43,945 nucleotides of DNA, from contig VMTH01000007.1 in the NCBI GenBank assembly GCA_013791745.1, forward strand, positions 1 to 43,945, read 5' to 3'. Below are positions 35,901 through 42,763 of this stretch, piece by piece (within the stretch, counting starts at the first letter, position 1; each line of letters starts with the position of its first letter). A program made the position numbers and the translations under genes. This stretch comes from Candidatus Omnitrophota bacterium (GTDB lineage: Bacteria > CG03). Below the pieces are notes generated by a model. The model did not search any database and was not told where the DNA came from. It was given only the letters and a program-made list of their open reading frames with translations.

Positions 35901-36119
35901 CTCCCTGTTGACGGGTATCATGTCATCGGAACTCTCGTTCTCAAAAAGTTTGCTCCGCGTTGAGGGAAGCCTTAGAACGCCGTCGCCTGTGTCCCAGTCG
36001 GCGTTTGTGCCTATGGAATCCTTATGGGCGGCTGTCGCGAAATCTTCGCTCACCGTCATCGCGCGGGAAGACACACAGACGCCTGCGGCAAAACAAAAAA
36101 GGATAAGAATTTTTTTCAT
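32964..36119 (-). CDS. Large secreted or cell-surface protein with multiple Fn3/Ig-like domains and a T9SS-type (type A, FlgD-Ig-like) C-terminal sorting domain
   Basis: 1051 aa. The signal peptide is MKKILILFCFAAGVCVSSRA. There are two copies of a P..TPxFxW....DPD....Y.[LF]......F........YFWRV.A.D module and at least one classical Fn3 (GYEVFYAS...YFFAVRSRDTAGNISP). The C-terminus NYPNPFNPLIENTEIECVL...EFEIYSPFGELVKKF...ITWDGRNGKGSVVANGVYILNLTV matches the Por-secretion CTD pattern. Confidence 0.75.
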   Translation of the reverse strand: MKKILILFCFAAGVCVSSRAMTVSEDFATAAHKDSIGTNADWDTGDGVLRLPSTRSKLFENESSDDMIPVNREAGWRFRVAVPGAIIGLGRYLPSSDLETYTLNLWSDAGGCLATALVSGATGWAWAEIEPVQLSTSSFYRVSVVVLSGAVFSLPAPYENDYIKLSSACVSSGTDGFPDISTGVITGVPDILFRTDYQTHAYGRSNGYDSGTGRARYLSYSVNHELSSGTINYEFSFSTNSVIWFGWLTNIGDYVSHRYVRWRAELISPDPSKTPELSLITINSNSFPEPAVPASPSAEFHINYTTPTLFWNEAYDPDSEDILYRLQLADNSAFVSPLIDSSGIDALSLPSSGLSQKTWFWRLKARDGYSDESEWSETFTFFVDLSLPLQIGDLDAITGSANGEIQLLWMSPSDPPFDNLAGYEVFYASFSFTAASIASVNSMPGPSPQSPGNLENFTISGLQNNAEYFFAVRSRDTAGNISPVSNFASALTNASPSVTVVAPSEGDTVSGNSDIVWQVSDPNSGDAFHDIRIFLSNDGGITYTLLHELSDVSVDRWTWNSALSGNGAFFRLKISASDSGGLSGTSAETGDFSINNNDNAPTASVKNPQAGNIETGLMLIEWDFEDINFYDRVYFNLFISTGPAAAPQLLVEKLYFGEGLRKGATSYILDTSLYSDGGDYEIMVEVSDGLMAGSSVSGKFSVWNVNHSPLPFSLLSPEDSGEVSMLTPKFVWQGNGDPDLLSGDSVNYRFLVYSSTFPETVLLEVFPVSTNTYAINATSVLSDFTTYFWRVNAEDSQGGERMSGETFSFYVKWSQVICGRLSVQSPDLPPNTYIDAAEVSDSLTSLADEAASVSPIMTIPGGSSYKIELKNSLNGAVADASAYTFNLVFDYDGLDVVAPSTTKLFVLDEANGKWTVVNDQQIDTQNRQVTATVRDLSYFRVLNYAAPASVSGDVKNYPNPFNPLIENTEIECVLTEDSVLEFEIYSPFGELVKKFSASGAGTPTGTTNIITWDGRNGKGSVVANGVYILNLTVHPSSGGEHRRRRLIGVLK

Positions 36120-36169
36120 TTATTCCCTTACGCATTTTATCTTATTTCCGCCCTTTTGTCACAAAAAGC

Positions 36170-36198
36170 TTGACACAAAACCACTCAACTTGTTAAAT
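36170..36198 (+). promoter_or_regulatory. Candidate promoter of nikR (near-leaderless)
   Basis: TTGACA (36170-36175), a 17-nt spacer, then TTAAAT (36193-36198). The nikR ATG at 36207 begins 8 nt after the -10 box, and there is no RBS. Confidence 0.45.
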
Positions 36199-36206
36199 TG
36201 TCATCA

Positions 36207-36620
36207 ATGGATAAGCTTACAAGATTCGGCGTTTCGCTTGAAAAAGAACTTCTGTCAAAGTTTGACCTTCACATAAAAAAACAGAATTGTCCGGCCCGCT
36301 CAAAAGCGATCGCGGACCTTATAAGGAAAGAACTTGTCAAAAGCGAATGGATCAAGGGGAAAACTGTCGTGGCCGCGATAACTCTTGTCTATGACCATCA
36401 CAAAAAAAAACTTATCAGCAAACTTATTGATATACAGCATGACACGCACGGGCTCATTATTTCCTCACAGCATATCCATCTGGATCACAATAACTGCTTT
36501 GAAATAATAATTGTAAAAGGAGCGCCTCAAAAAATAAAAAGTCTTGCGGATAAACTAAAATCCGTAAAGGGCGTCAAACATTCCTCTCTGACTGCCGCCA
36601 CGACCGGAAAAGAAATCTGA
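36207..36620 (+). CDS. nikR: Nickel-responsive transcriptional regulator NikR (ribbon-helix-helix + ACT-like Ni-binding domain)
   Basis: I place the start at the ATG at 36207 (MDKLTRFGVSLEKELLSKFD...RSKAIADLIRKEL, the RHH domain). The track start at 36198 is a TTG lying inside the -10 box. The C-domain has the high-affinity Ni ligand pattern QHDTHG...HIHLDHNNC, comparable to E. coli H76, H87, H89 and C95. Confidence 0.9.
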   Translation: MDKLTRFGVSLEKELLSKFDLHIKKQNCPARSKAIADLIRKELVKSEWIKGKTVVAAITLVYDHHKKKLISKLIDIQHDTHGLIISSQHIHLDHNNCFEIIIVKGAPQKIKSLADKLKSVKGVKHSSLTAATTGKEI

Positions 36621-36629
36621 ACTCCCCCC

Positions 36630-36678
36630 TTGACAAATTTTTTAAAAGTGTTACTATTCTATAAATCGTAGCACTTTT
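36630..36678 (+). promoter_or_regulatory. Promoter of the omp-nikKMLQO operon overlapped by a candidate NikR operator
   Basis: TTGACA lies at 36630-35 and TACTAT at 36652-57 (16-nt spacer). The inverted repeat AAAAGTGTTAC (36644-36654) - N13 - GTAGCACTTTT (36668-36678) has one mismatch. Its core GTGTTAC-N13-GTAGCAC covers the -10 box and the expected transcription start site. Confidence 0.65.
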
Positions 36679-36691
36679 AAAGGAGGTTATT

Positions 36692-37660
36692 ATGAAAAAA
36701 CAGGTTGCGAATCAGGTAACTTTGTTTTTGGTATCATCGGCGTTACTTATAAATGCCTCAGGCGCCGGGGCGGAAAGCCTGATCAGCGGTTTTGCCGACA
36801 TTCTTTATCGCGATGGGCAGAGCGAAAACAGTTCATTTCAAATGGGAGCCTTTGAAATTGACTTTGAAACCGCAATCAGTGATCAGGTGTCCTTTGAGGG
36901 AGCCGTTGTCGTGGAAGACGGGGAGGCCGCTCTCGGTCAGACGCTTGTTGATTTCAGTATTATAAAAGAAAAACTCGGTCTGCAGGCAGGACTCATAGAC
37001 ATACCGTTCGGAATTGACTGTCATACATTTGCAGCCTGCGACAGAAAGCTCATAAGCCCTCCTATTACAACTGAACTTATGATGGACGGGGGCTGGGGCG
37101 ACACCGGGATAAATCTTCACGGTGAAACTTCCATCTTGAATTACAATCTTTTCGCGGTTAACGGTATGGGCGTCGACACAAGCAGCGCTCCCGTAAACCA
37201 GACAGCGGACAATAATAATTCAAAAACTTACGGCGGCAGAATAGGCGTCTCTCCGGCAAAACAGCTGGAACTCGGATTTTCTTTTGCGCAGGGGCCCTAC
37301 CTTGATGATGACAGCAAAAAACTGTGGCAGAGAACCGGGGCAGATGTCCGTTTCTACGCCGGCGGACTTGAATTAAAAGGGGAATACCTCTCAGGAAAAG
37401 AAGACCTTCCGGCAACGGGAGAAAATAAGCACAGCGGATTCTATGTTCAGGCGCTCATGAAAATATATGAAAAAACTTATGGTGCGCTGCGTCTCGGAGA
37501 ATGGAAATCTGACGGGGGCAGTAAAATAGAAAGGACAACGATAACCGTAGGCTATGATATGACCGAATCGGTCTCCATACGCGGCGAGTATCTGATAACC
37601 GGTGAAACTCCGAGTGTGAACAATAATTCGGTTGCGCTGCAGACTGTAATAAGTTTTTAA
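36692..37660 (+). CDS. Porin-like outer-membrane beta-barrel protein; first gene of the nickel-regulated operon
   Basis: 322 aa. It has a signal peptide (..LLINASGAGA), alternating amphipathic strands and a C-terminal aromatic residue (...ALQTVISF). The strong RBS AGGAGG lies upstream. Confidence 0.6.
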   Translation: MKKQVANQVTLFLVSSALLINASGAGAESLISGFADILYRDGQSENSSFQMGAFEIDFETAISDQVSFEGAVVVEDGEAALGQTLVDFSIIKEKLGLQAGLIDIPFGIDCHTFAACDRKLISPPITTELMMDGGWGDTGINLHGETSILNYNLFAVNGMGVDTSSAPVNQTADNNNSKTYGGRIGVSPAKQLELGFSFAQGPYLDDDSKKLWQRTGADVRFYAGGLELKGEYLSGKEDLPATGENKHSGFYVQALMKIYEKTYGALRLGEWKSDGGSKIERTTITVGYDMTESVSIRGEYLITGETPSVNNNSVALQTVISF

Positions 37661-37822
37661 TGAAGCTCCCCGCAACAAGCTACTGGGTATTAAACCCATA
37701 TCAGATTCTGCGTAGCCTGCAAGGCGAAGCAGAATAAATAAAAGAGTCCTGAGAAAAAATGTTTGATTTAGAGGAAAAGCCCGCCACCTTGTAAAGGCGG
37801 GAAAGAATAAGAAGGAGAAATT

Positions 37823-38584
37823 ATGAAAAAACCAATTATTGCTATGCTTTGTTCAACGTTGATTTGCATTAATGCCTACGCTCATTTCGGCATGGTCATC
37901 CCCTCCGACGACATGGTTACAAAGTCGGATAAAAAAGCCATTTCCCTCCGGGTGCAGTTTATACACCCCATGGAAGGCGCCTACATGAACATGGAAAAAC
38001 CGTTAAAGTTCGGCGTCATGTCCAGGGGAAAGACAAAAGACCTTCTCTCAACTCTGAAGGAAAAAAAGGTAAACGGATTCTCCATATGGGAAACCGATTA
38101 TGCGGTGAGACAGCCCGGCGACCACATATTCTATGCGGAGCCCAGGCCCTACTGGGAACCTTCCGAAGACTGTTTTATCATTCACTATACAAAAGTCATT
38201 GTAAACGCTCTCGGCTTAGAACAGGGATGGGACGAAGAAATAGGGCTGAAGACGGAAATAGTGCCGCTTACAAGGCCCTATGGGCTCTGGACGGGAAATG
38301 TGTTTCAGGGAATAGTGAAAGTCGACGGCAAGGCTGTACCGTTTGCGGAAATAGAGGTGGAATATTATAATGGGAGAGTGGAGATAAAGTGGCCCGCGGA
38401 CCCTAGGATCACGCAGCTAACTAAAGCCGATGCTAACGGCGTATTTACATACGCTATGCCGAAAGCCGGCTGGTGGGGTTTCGCCGCGCTCAATGAAGAC
38501 TCGAAAAAAATGAAACATGAAGGCGTTGAAAAATCAATTGAACTAGGCGCTGTTTTGTGGATAAAAACCCACGACATGAAATAA
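37823..38584 (+). CDS. nikK: Periplasmic nickel/cobalt ECF-transporter accessory component (NikK/CbiK-type, DUF4198-like)
   Basis: 253 aa. The signal peptide ends ..INAYA, and the predicted mature N-terminus is HFGMVIPS. It lies immediately upstream of nikM, with a 1-nt overlap (TAATG). Confidence 0.6.
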   Translation: MKKPIIAMLCSTLICINAYAHFGMVIPSDDMVTKSDKKAISLRVQFIHPMEGAYMNMEKPLKFGVMSRGKTKDLLSTLKEKKVNGFSIWETDYAVRQPGDHIFYAEPRPYWEPSEDCFIIHYTKVIVNALGLEQGWDEEIGLKTEIVPLTRPYGLWTGNVFQGIVKVDGKAVPFAEIEVEYYNGRVEIKWPADPRITQLTKADANGVFTYAMPKAGWWGFAALNEDSKKMKHEGVEKSIELGAVLWIKTHDMK

Positions 38585-39189
38585 TGCATATATCTGAAGG
38601 CGTCCTTTCCGCGCCTGTTCTCATAGCAGGCGGAGTTCTCAGCATCTGCTGCGTAACCGCCGGATTGAGAAAACTGGAATATGAGAAAGTGCCGCAGGTA
38701 GCTGTTCTTACATCCGCTTTTTTCGTTGCTTCGTTAATTCATGTTCCCGTAGGACCCTCAAGCACTCATCTTATACTCAACGGCCTCACGGGAATCCTGC
38801 TGGGATGGGCGGCATTTCCCGCGATTCTCACGGCATTAACTCTTCAGGCGGTTTTTTTCCAGTTCGGGGGCTTTACTTCCCTGGGAGTCAACACGTTCAA
38901 CATGGCCTTTCCCGCGCTCGTCAGTTTCTGGCTATTCAGCATTTTTGTTTCAAAAAACAACCGCCGGATCACAATGTTCGCCGGGTTTATAGGCGGTGCA
39001 GCGGGGGTTTTAGGCGCCTGTTTTCTTGTCGCTGTCTCATTATTGACAAGCGGAAAAGCGTTCCTGCCGCTTGTGAAACTTCTGGCCGCCGTTCACCTGC
39101 CGGTTATACTCATAGAAGGACTCATAACCGCGCTGGCGCTTGGATTTCTGCAAAAGGTCAAACCGGAACTCTTAGATAGGAGGATATAG
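38584..39189 (+). CDS. nikM: ECF transporter substrate-specific S component NikM/CbiM
   Basis: I place the start at the ATG at 38584, which gives the conserved N-terminus MHISEGVL. The Met1-His2 N-terminus is the metal-binding element of CbiM/NikM. It has 5-6 TM helices. The track start at 38557 adds 9 non-conserved residues. Confidence 0.85.
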   Translation: MHISEGVLSAPVLIAGGVLSICCVTAGLRKLEYEKVPQVAVLTSAFFVASLIHVPVGPSSTHLILNGLTGILLGWAAFPAILTALTLQAVFFQFGGFTSLGVNTFNMAFPALVSFWLFSIFVSKNNRRITMFAGFIGGAAGVLGACFLVAVSLLTSGKAFLPLVKLLAAVHLPVILIEGLITALALGFLQKVKPELLDRRI

Positions 39190-39662
39190 TGAAGATAATT
39201 AAACATTTTTCGGGAACTGCCGTTTTCCTGATCCTGCTTTCGTATAATGTTTGCGCGCATAAAGTAAATATATTCGCCTACGCCGAAAACGGCAGAGTTT
39301 ACACCGAAAGCTATTTCAATGACGGCAAAGCAGTCGTAAACTCTGAGATAAAAGTATACGGCCATAAAACCGGAGAGCTTCTTCTCAGCGGCACAAGCGA
39401 CAACCTCGGCGAGTTTGTATTCGATTTACCGCAGAAATCGGCAATTCGTATAGTCCTCAACGCAAGCATGGGGCACAGAAATGAATACATTCTTTCAGAA
39501 GAAGAGGCGGCAGGAGATACGGATAAACCCGTTAAAAATGGAGCCCGGGCGGAGAAACCGGCAGTGCGGGACATTCTTGCGGGCATCGGCTGCATCTTCG
39601 GCATATCGGGAATAGCAATGTTTGTCAAATGCCGGAAAATAATTAAAAAAAATGCATCTTGA
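39189..39662 (+). CDS. nikL: Small bitopic membrane component of Nik ECF systems (NikL-like)
   Basis: 157 aa, with a GTG start overlapping the nikM stop by 1 nt. It has an N-terminal signal/TM (..LLSYNVCA then HKVNIFAY), a beta-rich middle domain and a C-terminal TM (ILAGIGCIFGISGIAMFV). Its position between nikM and nikQ matches the nikKMLQO arrangement. Confidence 0.5.
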   Translation: MKIIKHFSGTAVFLILLSYNVCAHKVNIFAYAENGRVYTESYFNDGKAVVNSEIKVYGHKTGELLLSGTSDNLGEFVFDLPQKSAIRIVLNASMGHRNEYILSEEEAAGDTDKPVKNGARAEKPAVRDILAGIGCIFGISGIAMFVKCRKIIKKNAS

Positions 39663-40419
39663 ACCTTTTGCCGAGGGGAAATCTTTTATTCATTCCCTTG
39701 ACCCGCGCGTAAAGATTCTCGGACTGCTCCCGTTCATTGTGACGGTCGCCGTTTCAAAAAATCTGAACACGCCGGCACTCGCTTTGATGGCCGGGATATT
39801 CCTGGTCGGCCTTTCAAGATTAAATTTCAGCGCCCTCATCAGCCGCCTTTACGTCGTAAATCTTTTTATCCTGCTGCTATGGCTGATAATGCCTTTTGCC
39901 GTGCCGGGCAGAGAACTCTTCTCCGCCGGGCCGCTGTGCGCCACAAAAGAAGGTGTTTTCTATGCTTTGATCATCACATTAAAAGCAAACGCGATCTTTC
40001 TTTCGACCATAGCTCTGATAGGAACTGTCCCTCTTTTTAAACTGACTCACGCGCTGCATCATCTGGGGATGAACGAAAAACTTTCGCTCCTGTTTTTTTT
40101 CTGCTACAGATATATAACTGTTCTTCACAGGGATTACCACGCCCTTTACGACGCCGTTAAAGCAAGAGCTTTCACTCCTCTTAACAGCCTGCGCACCTAT
40201 AAGACATACGGCTGGCTGATAGGTATGCTTCTTGTAAAGAGTTATGAACACTCACAGAAAATGTATGAGGCGATGCTCTGCCGCGGCTTTTGCGGCAGGT
40301 TTCCGGTACTCAACCATTTCAAAACAGAAAAAAAGGATTATTTTTTTCTCGCCGCGATGCTGTCAATTACCGTCTTCATACTGATGTTTGAAAAAAGCGT
40401 ATTTACCGCGATGCTTTAG
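39652..40419 (+). CDS. nikQ: ECF transporter transmembrane T component NikQ/CbiQ
   Basis: 255 aa. It reads SFIHSLDPRVKI..., has multiple TM helices and carries the conserved A.xAR-type motif (DAVKARAF). An 11-nt overlap links it to nikL. Confidence 0.85.
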   Translation: MHLEPFAEGKSFIHSLDPRVKILGLLPFIVTVAVSKNLNTPALALMAGIFLVGLSRLNFSALISRLYVVNLFILLLWLIMPFAVPGRELFSAGPLCATKEGVFYALIITLKANAIFLSTIALIGTVPLFKLTHALHHLGMNEKLSLLFFFCYRYITVLHRDYHALYDAVKARAFTPLNSLRTYKTYGWLIGMLLVKSYEHSQKMYEAMLCRGFCGRFPVLNHFKTEKKDYFFLAAMLSITVFILMFEKSVFTAML

Positions 40420-41067
40420 ATGATAAAAATAAAGAACCTCAAATTCAGCTATCCCGACGGAAGACCGGTCTTCAGCAAACTCAACTTCGAATACAGCCAA
40501 GGCTGCAGACTCGGATTCTTCGGGCGCAACGGTTCAGGCAAGACAACGCTTCTGCGCCTTATCATGGGACTGCTGAGGCCACAGTCAGGGCAGATAGAAA
40601 TATTCGCCAAACTCCGTAATACAGAAAAAGATTTCGCGGAAGTAAGAAGAAGAATCGGTTATCTTTTCCAGAACCCGGATGATCAGCTCTTCTGCCCCAC
40701 CGTGAGAGAGGAAATAGCGTTTGGCCCGCTGAATCTTGGAAAAAAGGCGGAAGAAGCGGCGGAGACCGTCAAAGAAACCTGCAAAATCCTCGGCCTCGAC
40801 GGTTTTGAGGACAGAATAACCTTCCATCTTTCGGGCGGCGAAAAAAGGCTCACGGCCCTTGCCTCCGTTATTTCAATGAAACCGGAACTCCTTCTGCTTG
40901 ATGAACCCACAAACGACCTTGATGAAGACAAGACAAAAACAGTTCTTGATTACCTGAGGAATAACACAAAATCATTCATCATGGTTTCGCAGGAATTAGA
41001 CCACCTGAAATATGCGGGGGTCAACGAAATCTGCCGGCTGGAAAATTCCCGGATAGTCCCTGCATAA
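40420..41067 (+). CDS. nikO: ECF transporter ATPase component NikO/CbiO (short form)
   Basis: 215 aa. Walker A is GRNGSGKTT, the Q-loop is FQNPDDQLF, the signature is LSGGEKRL and Walker B is LLLDEPTNDLD. It starts immediately after the nikQ stop. Confidence 0.88.
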   Translation: MIKIKNLKFSYPDGRPVFSKLNFEYSQGCRLGFFGRNGSGKTTLLRLIMGLLRPQSGQIEIFAKLRNTEKDFAEVRRRIGYLFQNPDDQLFCPTVREEIAFGPLNLGKKAEEAAETVKETCKILGLDGFEDRITFHLSGGEKRLTALASVISMKPELLLLDEPTNDLDEDKTKTVLDYLRNNTKSFIMVSQELDHLKYAGVNEICRLENSRIVPA

Positions 41068-41278
41068 CCTCTCCTGATTTCCCCGGCTTTGATGAATGGA
41101 ATTTACTTCTTATCCTTACAATGCTGATGTATAGACTGATGCGATGGAAAGGAACTCACCAGCCTGATCAAGAAAAATTTACAACTCCGGTTTCTCGTAT
41201 CTCAGGTTGACAATTTCAAACATTAAAGTAATAGTTTGATAATGAAAGTGCACGCTACCGGATAATGTAAATAAGAAA

Positions 41279-42751
41279 ATGCCCATATCTAAAAACTCAT
41301 CCTGGTTTAAAAATGTAATCCGCGAAGAAGAAATCACCCCTTTTTTGACAAACGGCTGTGACTTTATAAACGATGCAGATATTAAAAAACTGCTCAAAAA
41401 GCATATAAAACCGGAGAAGCGGAAAATCCGCGGCATCATACAAAAATCTCTCTCTATCAAGCGGCTGGAACCGGAAGAAACCGCTGAGCTTCTCAATGTT
41501 GAAGATGACGCCCTTCTCGAAGAAATGTTCGATGCCGCAGAAAAAATCAAGAAAAAAGTCTATGACAACAGGATCGTCACCTTCGCCCCGCTTTATCTCA
41601 GCAACCACTGCGTGAACGACTGTTTATACTGTTCTTTCAGGAAGAGTAATAATGATCAAAAACGCAGACAGCTCACACTGAAAGAAACCGAGGAAGAAAC
41701 CAAAGCCCTGATATCCACCGGCCACAGGAGGATCATCGTTGTCTACGGCGAACATCCCTCTTCTGACATAAATTATATGACCGACACTATAAACACCATC
41801 TACAGCACAAAAGTCCGGCACGGAGCAATACGCAGAGTGAATGTGAACTCAGCGCCCATGGATATTGAAAAACTTAAAAAGCTGAAAGAGTGCGGCATCG
41901 GCACCTATCAGGTTTTTCAGGAAACATACCACCATGAAACTTATAAAAAAGTTCATCCTTCAGGCACAAAATCCGATTACAGATGGCGGCTCTACGCTCT
42001 TCACAGAGCACAGAAAGCAGGAATTGACGATGTCGCGATAGGCGCTCTTTTCGGTCTTTATGACTGGAAATTCGAGGTCATGGGACTTTTATATCACACA
42101 ATAGACCTGGAAAAACATTTCGGGATAGGGCCTCATACAATTTCATTCCCCAGGCTGGAACCGGCGGCTAACACTCCTTTCAACAGGCAGTCCAAATACA
42201 AAGTTTCCGACGGGGACTTCAAAAAACTGATTGCCGTAATCCGGCTTTCAGTACCCTACTGCGGTATGATAATCACGGCGCGGGAAACGGCGCAGATGAG
42301 GAGAGAATGCCTGAAACTCGGTGTAACTCAAACCGATGCTTCGACAAAGATAGGCATAGGCGCCTATAGTGAGAGATGCAGCGAACAGGAAGGAGAAAGA
42401 CAGCAATTTATTCTAGGAGATACACGAAGCCTTGATGAAGTCATAGGCGAATTCGCTGAAATGGGCTATATAACTTCTTTCTGCACGGCGGGATACCGCT
42501 GCGGCAGGACCGGCAAATGTATAATGAACCTCCTGAAGAAAGGCGAGGAAAAATGGTTCTGTAAAATAAACGCTGTCCTTACCTTCAGAGAATGGCTGGA
42601 CGATTACGCTTCTCCTGGAACAAAGAAAAAAGGTGAAAAAATAATAAAAAAAGAAATTGAAGAGATAAAAACGCAGAAACCGAAGATATTTAAAAAATTT
42701 ATGGACGACTATACAAAAATCAAAAATGGAGAACGCGACATCTACTTTTGA
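41279..42751 (+). CDS. hydG: [FeFe]-hydrogenase maturase HydG (radical SAM tyrosine lyase) with a variant C-terminal cluster motif
   Basis: 490 aa. The radical SAM motif is CVNDCLYCSFRK. The length and the C-terminal extension (...GYITSFCTAGYRCGRTGKCIMNLLKKGEEKWFCKINA) point to HydG rather than ThiH. It is followed 12 nt later by hydE. Confidence 0.8.
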   Translation: MPISKNSSWFKNVIREEEITPFLTNGCDFINDADIKKLLKKHIKPEKRKIRGIIQKSLSIKRLEPEETAELLNVEDDALLEEMFDAAEKIKKKVYDNRIVTFAPLYLSNHCVNDCLYCSFRKSNNDQKRRQLTLKETEEETKALISTGHRRIIVVYGEHPSSDINYMTDTINTIYSTKVRHGAIRRVNVNSAPMDIEKLKKLKECGIGTYQVFQETYHHETYKKVHPSGTKSDYRWRLYALHRAQKAGIDDVAIGALFGLYDWKFEVMGLLYHTIDLEKHFGIGPHTISFPRLEPAANTPFNRQSKYKVSDGDFKKLIAVIRLSVPYCGMIITARETAQMRRECLKLGVTQTDASTKIGIGAYSERCSEQEGERQQFILGDTRSLDEVIGEFAEMGYITSFCTAGYRCGRTGKCIMNLLKKGEEKWFCKINAVLTFREWLDDYASPGTKKKGEKIIKKEIEEIKTQKPKIFKKFMDDYTKIKNGERDIYF

Positions 42752-42763
42752 ATAGCGGATATT

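Noticed and set aside
36155-36180. TGTCACAAAA / TGACACAAAA near-direct repeat at the nikR -35 region as an autoregulatory operator
   Set aside because: It is short, has no similarity to the GTGTTAC palindrome and could arise by chance in this A-rich spacer. It is also shared with the divergent promoter of the cargo gene.
36198-36206. TTG start for nikR given by the ORF track
   Set aside because: The TTG lies inside the predicted -10 hexamer. The RHH domain alignment begins at MDKLTRFGVSL, so the ATG at 36207 is preferred.
36398-36412. A9 homopolymer inside nikR (and A8/T8 runs in the hydE fusion and nikQ) as phase-variation tracts
   Set aside because: They encode Lys-Lys-Lys or Phe runs in a genome that generally favours AAA/TTT codons. 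There is no evidence of frame disruption, and such tracts are common across the window.
37661-37822. Possible B12 or NiCo riboswitch upstream of nikK
   Set aside because: No B12-box-like sequence and no recognisable NiCo four-way-junction conservation is present. NiCo elements normally control exporters. I therefore treated the region as two generic hairpins (see findings).
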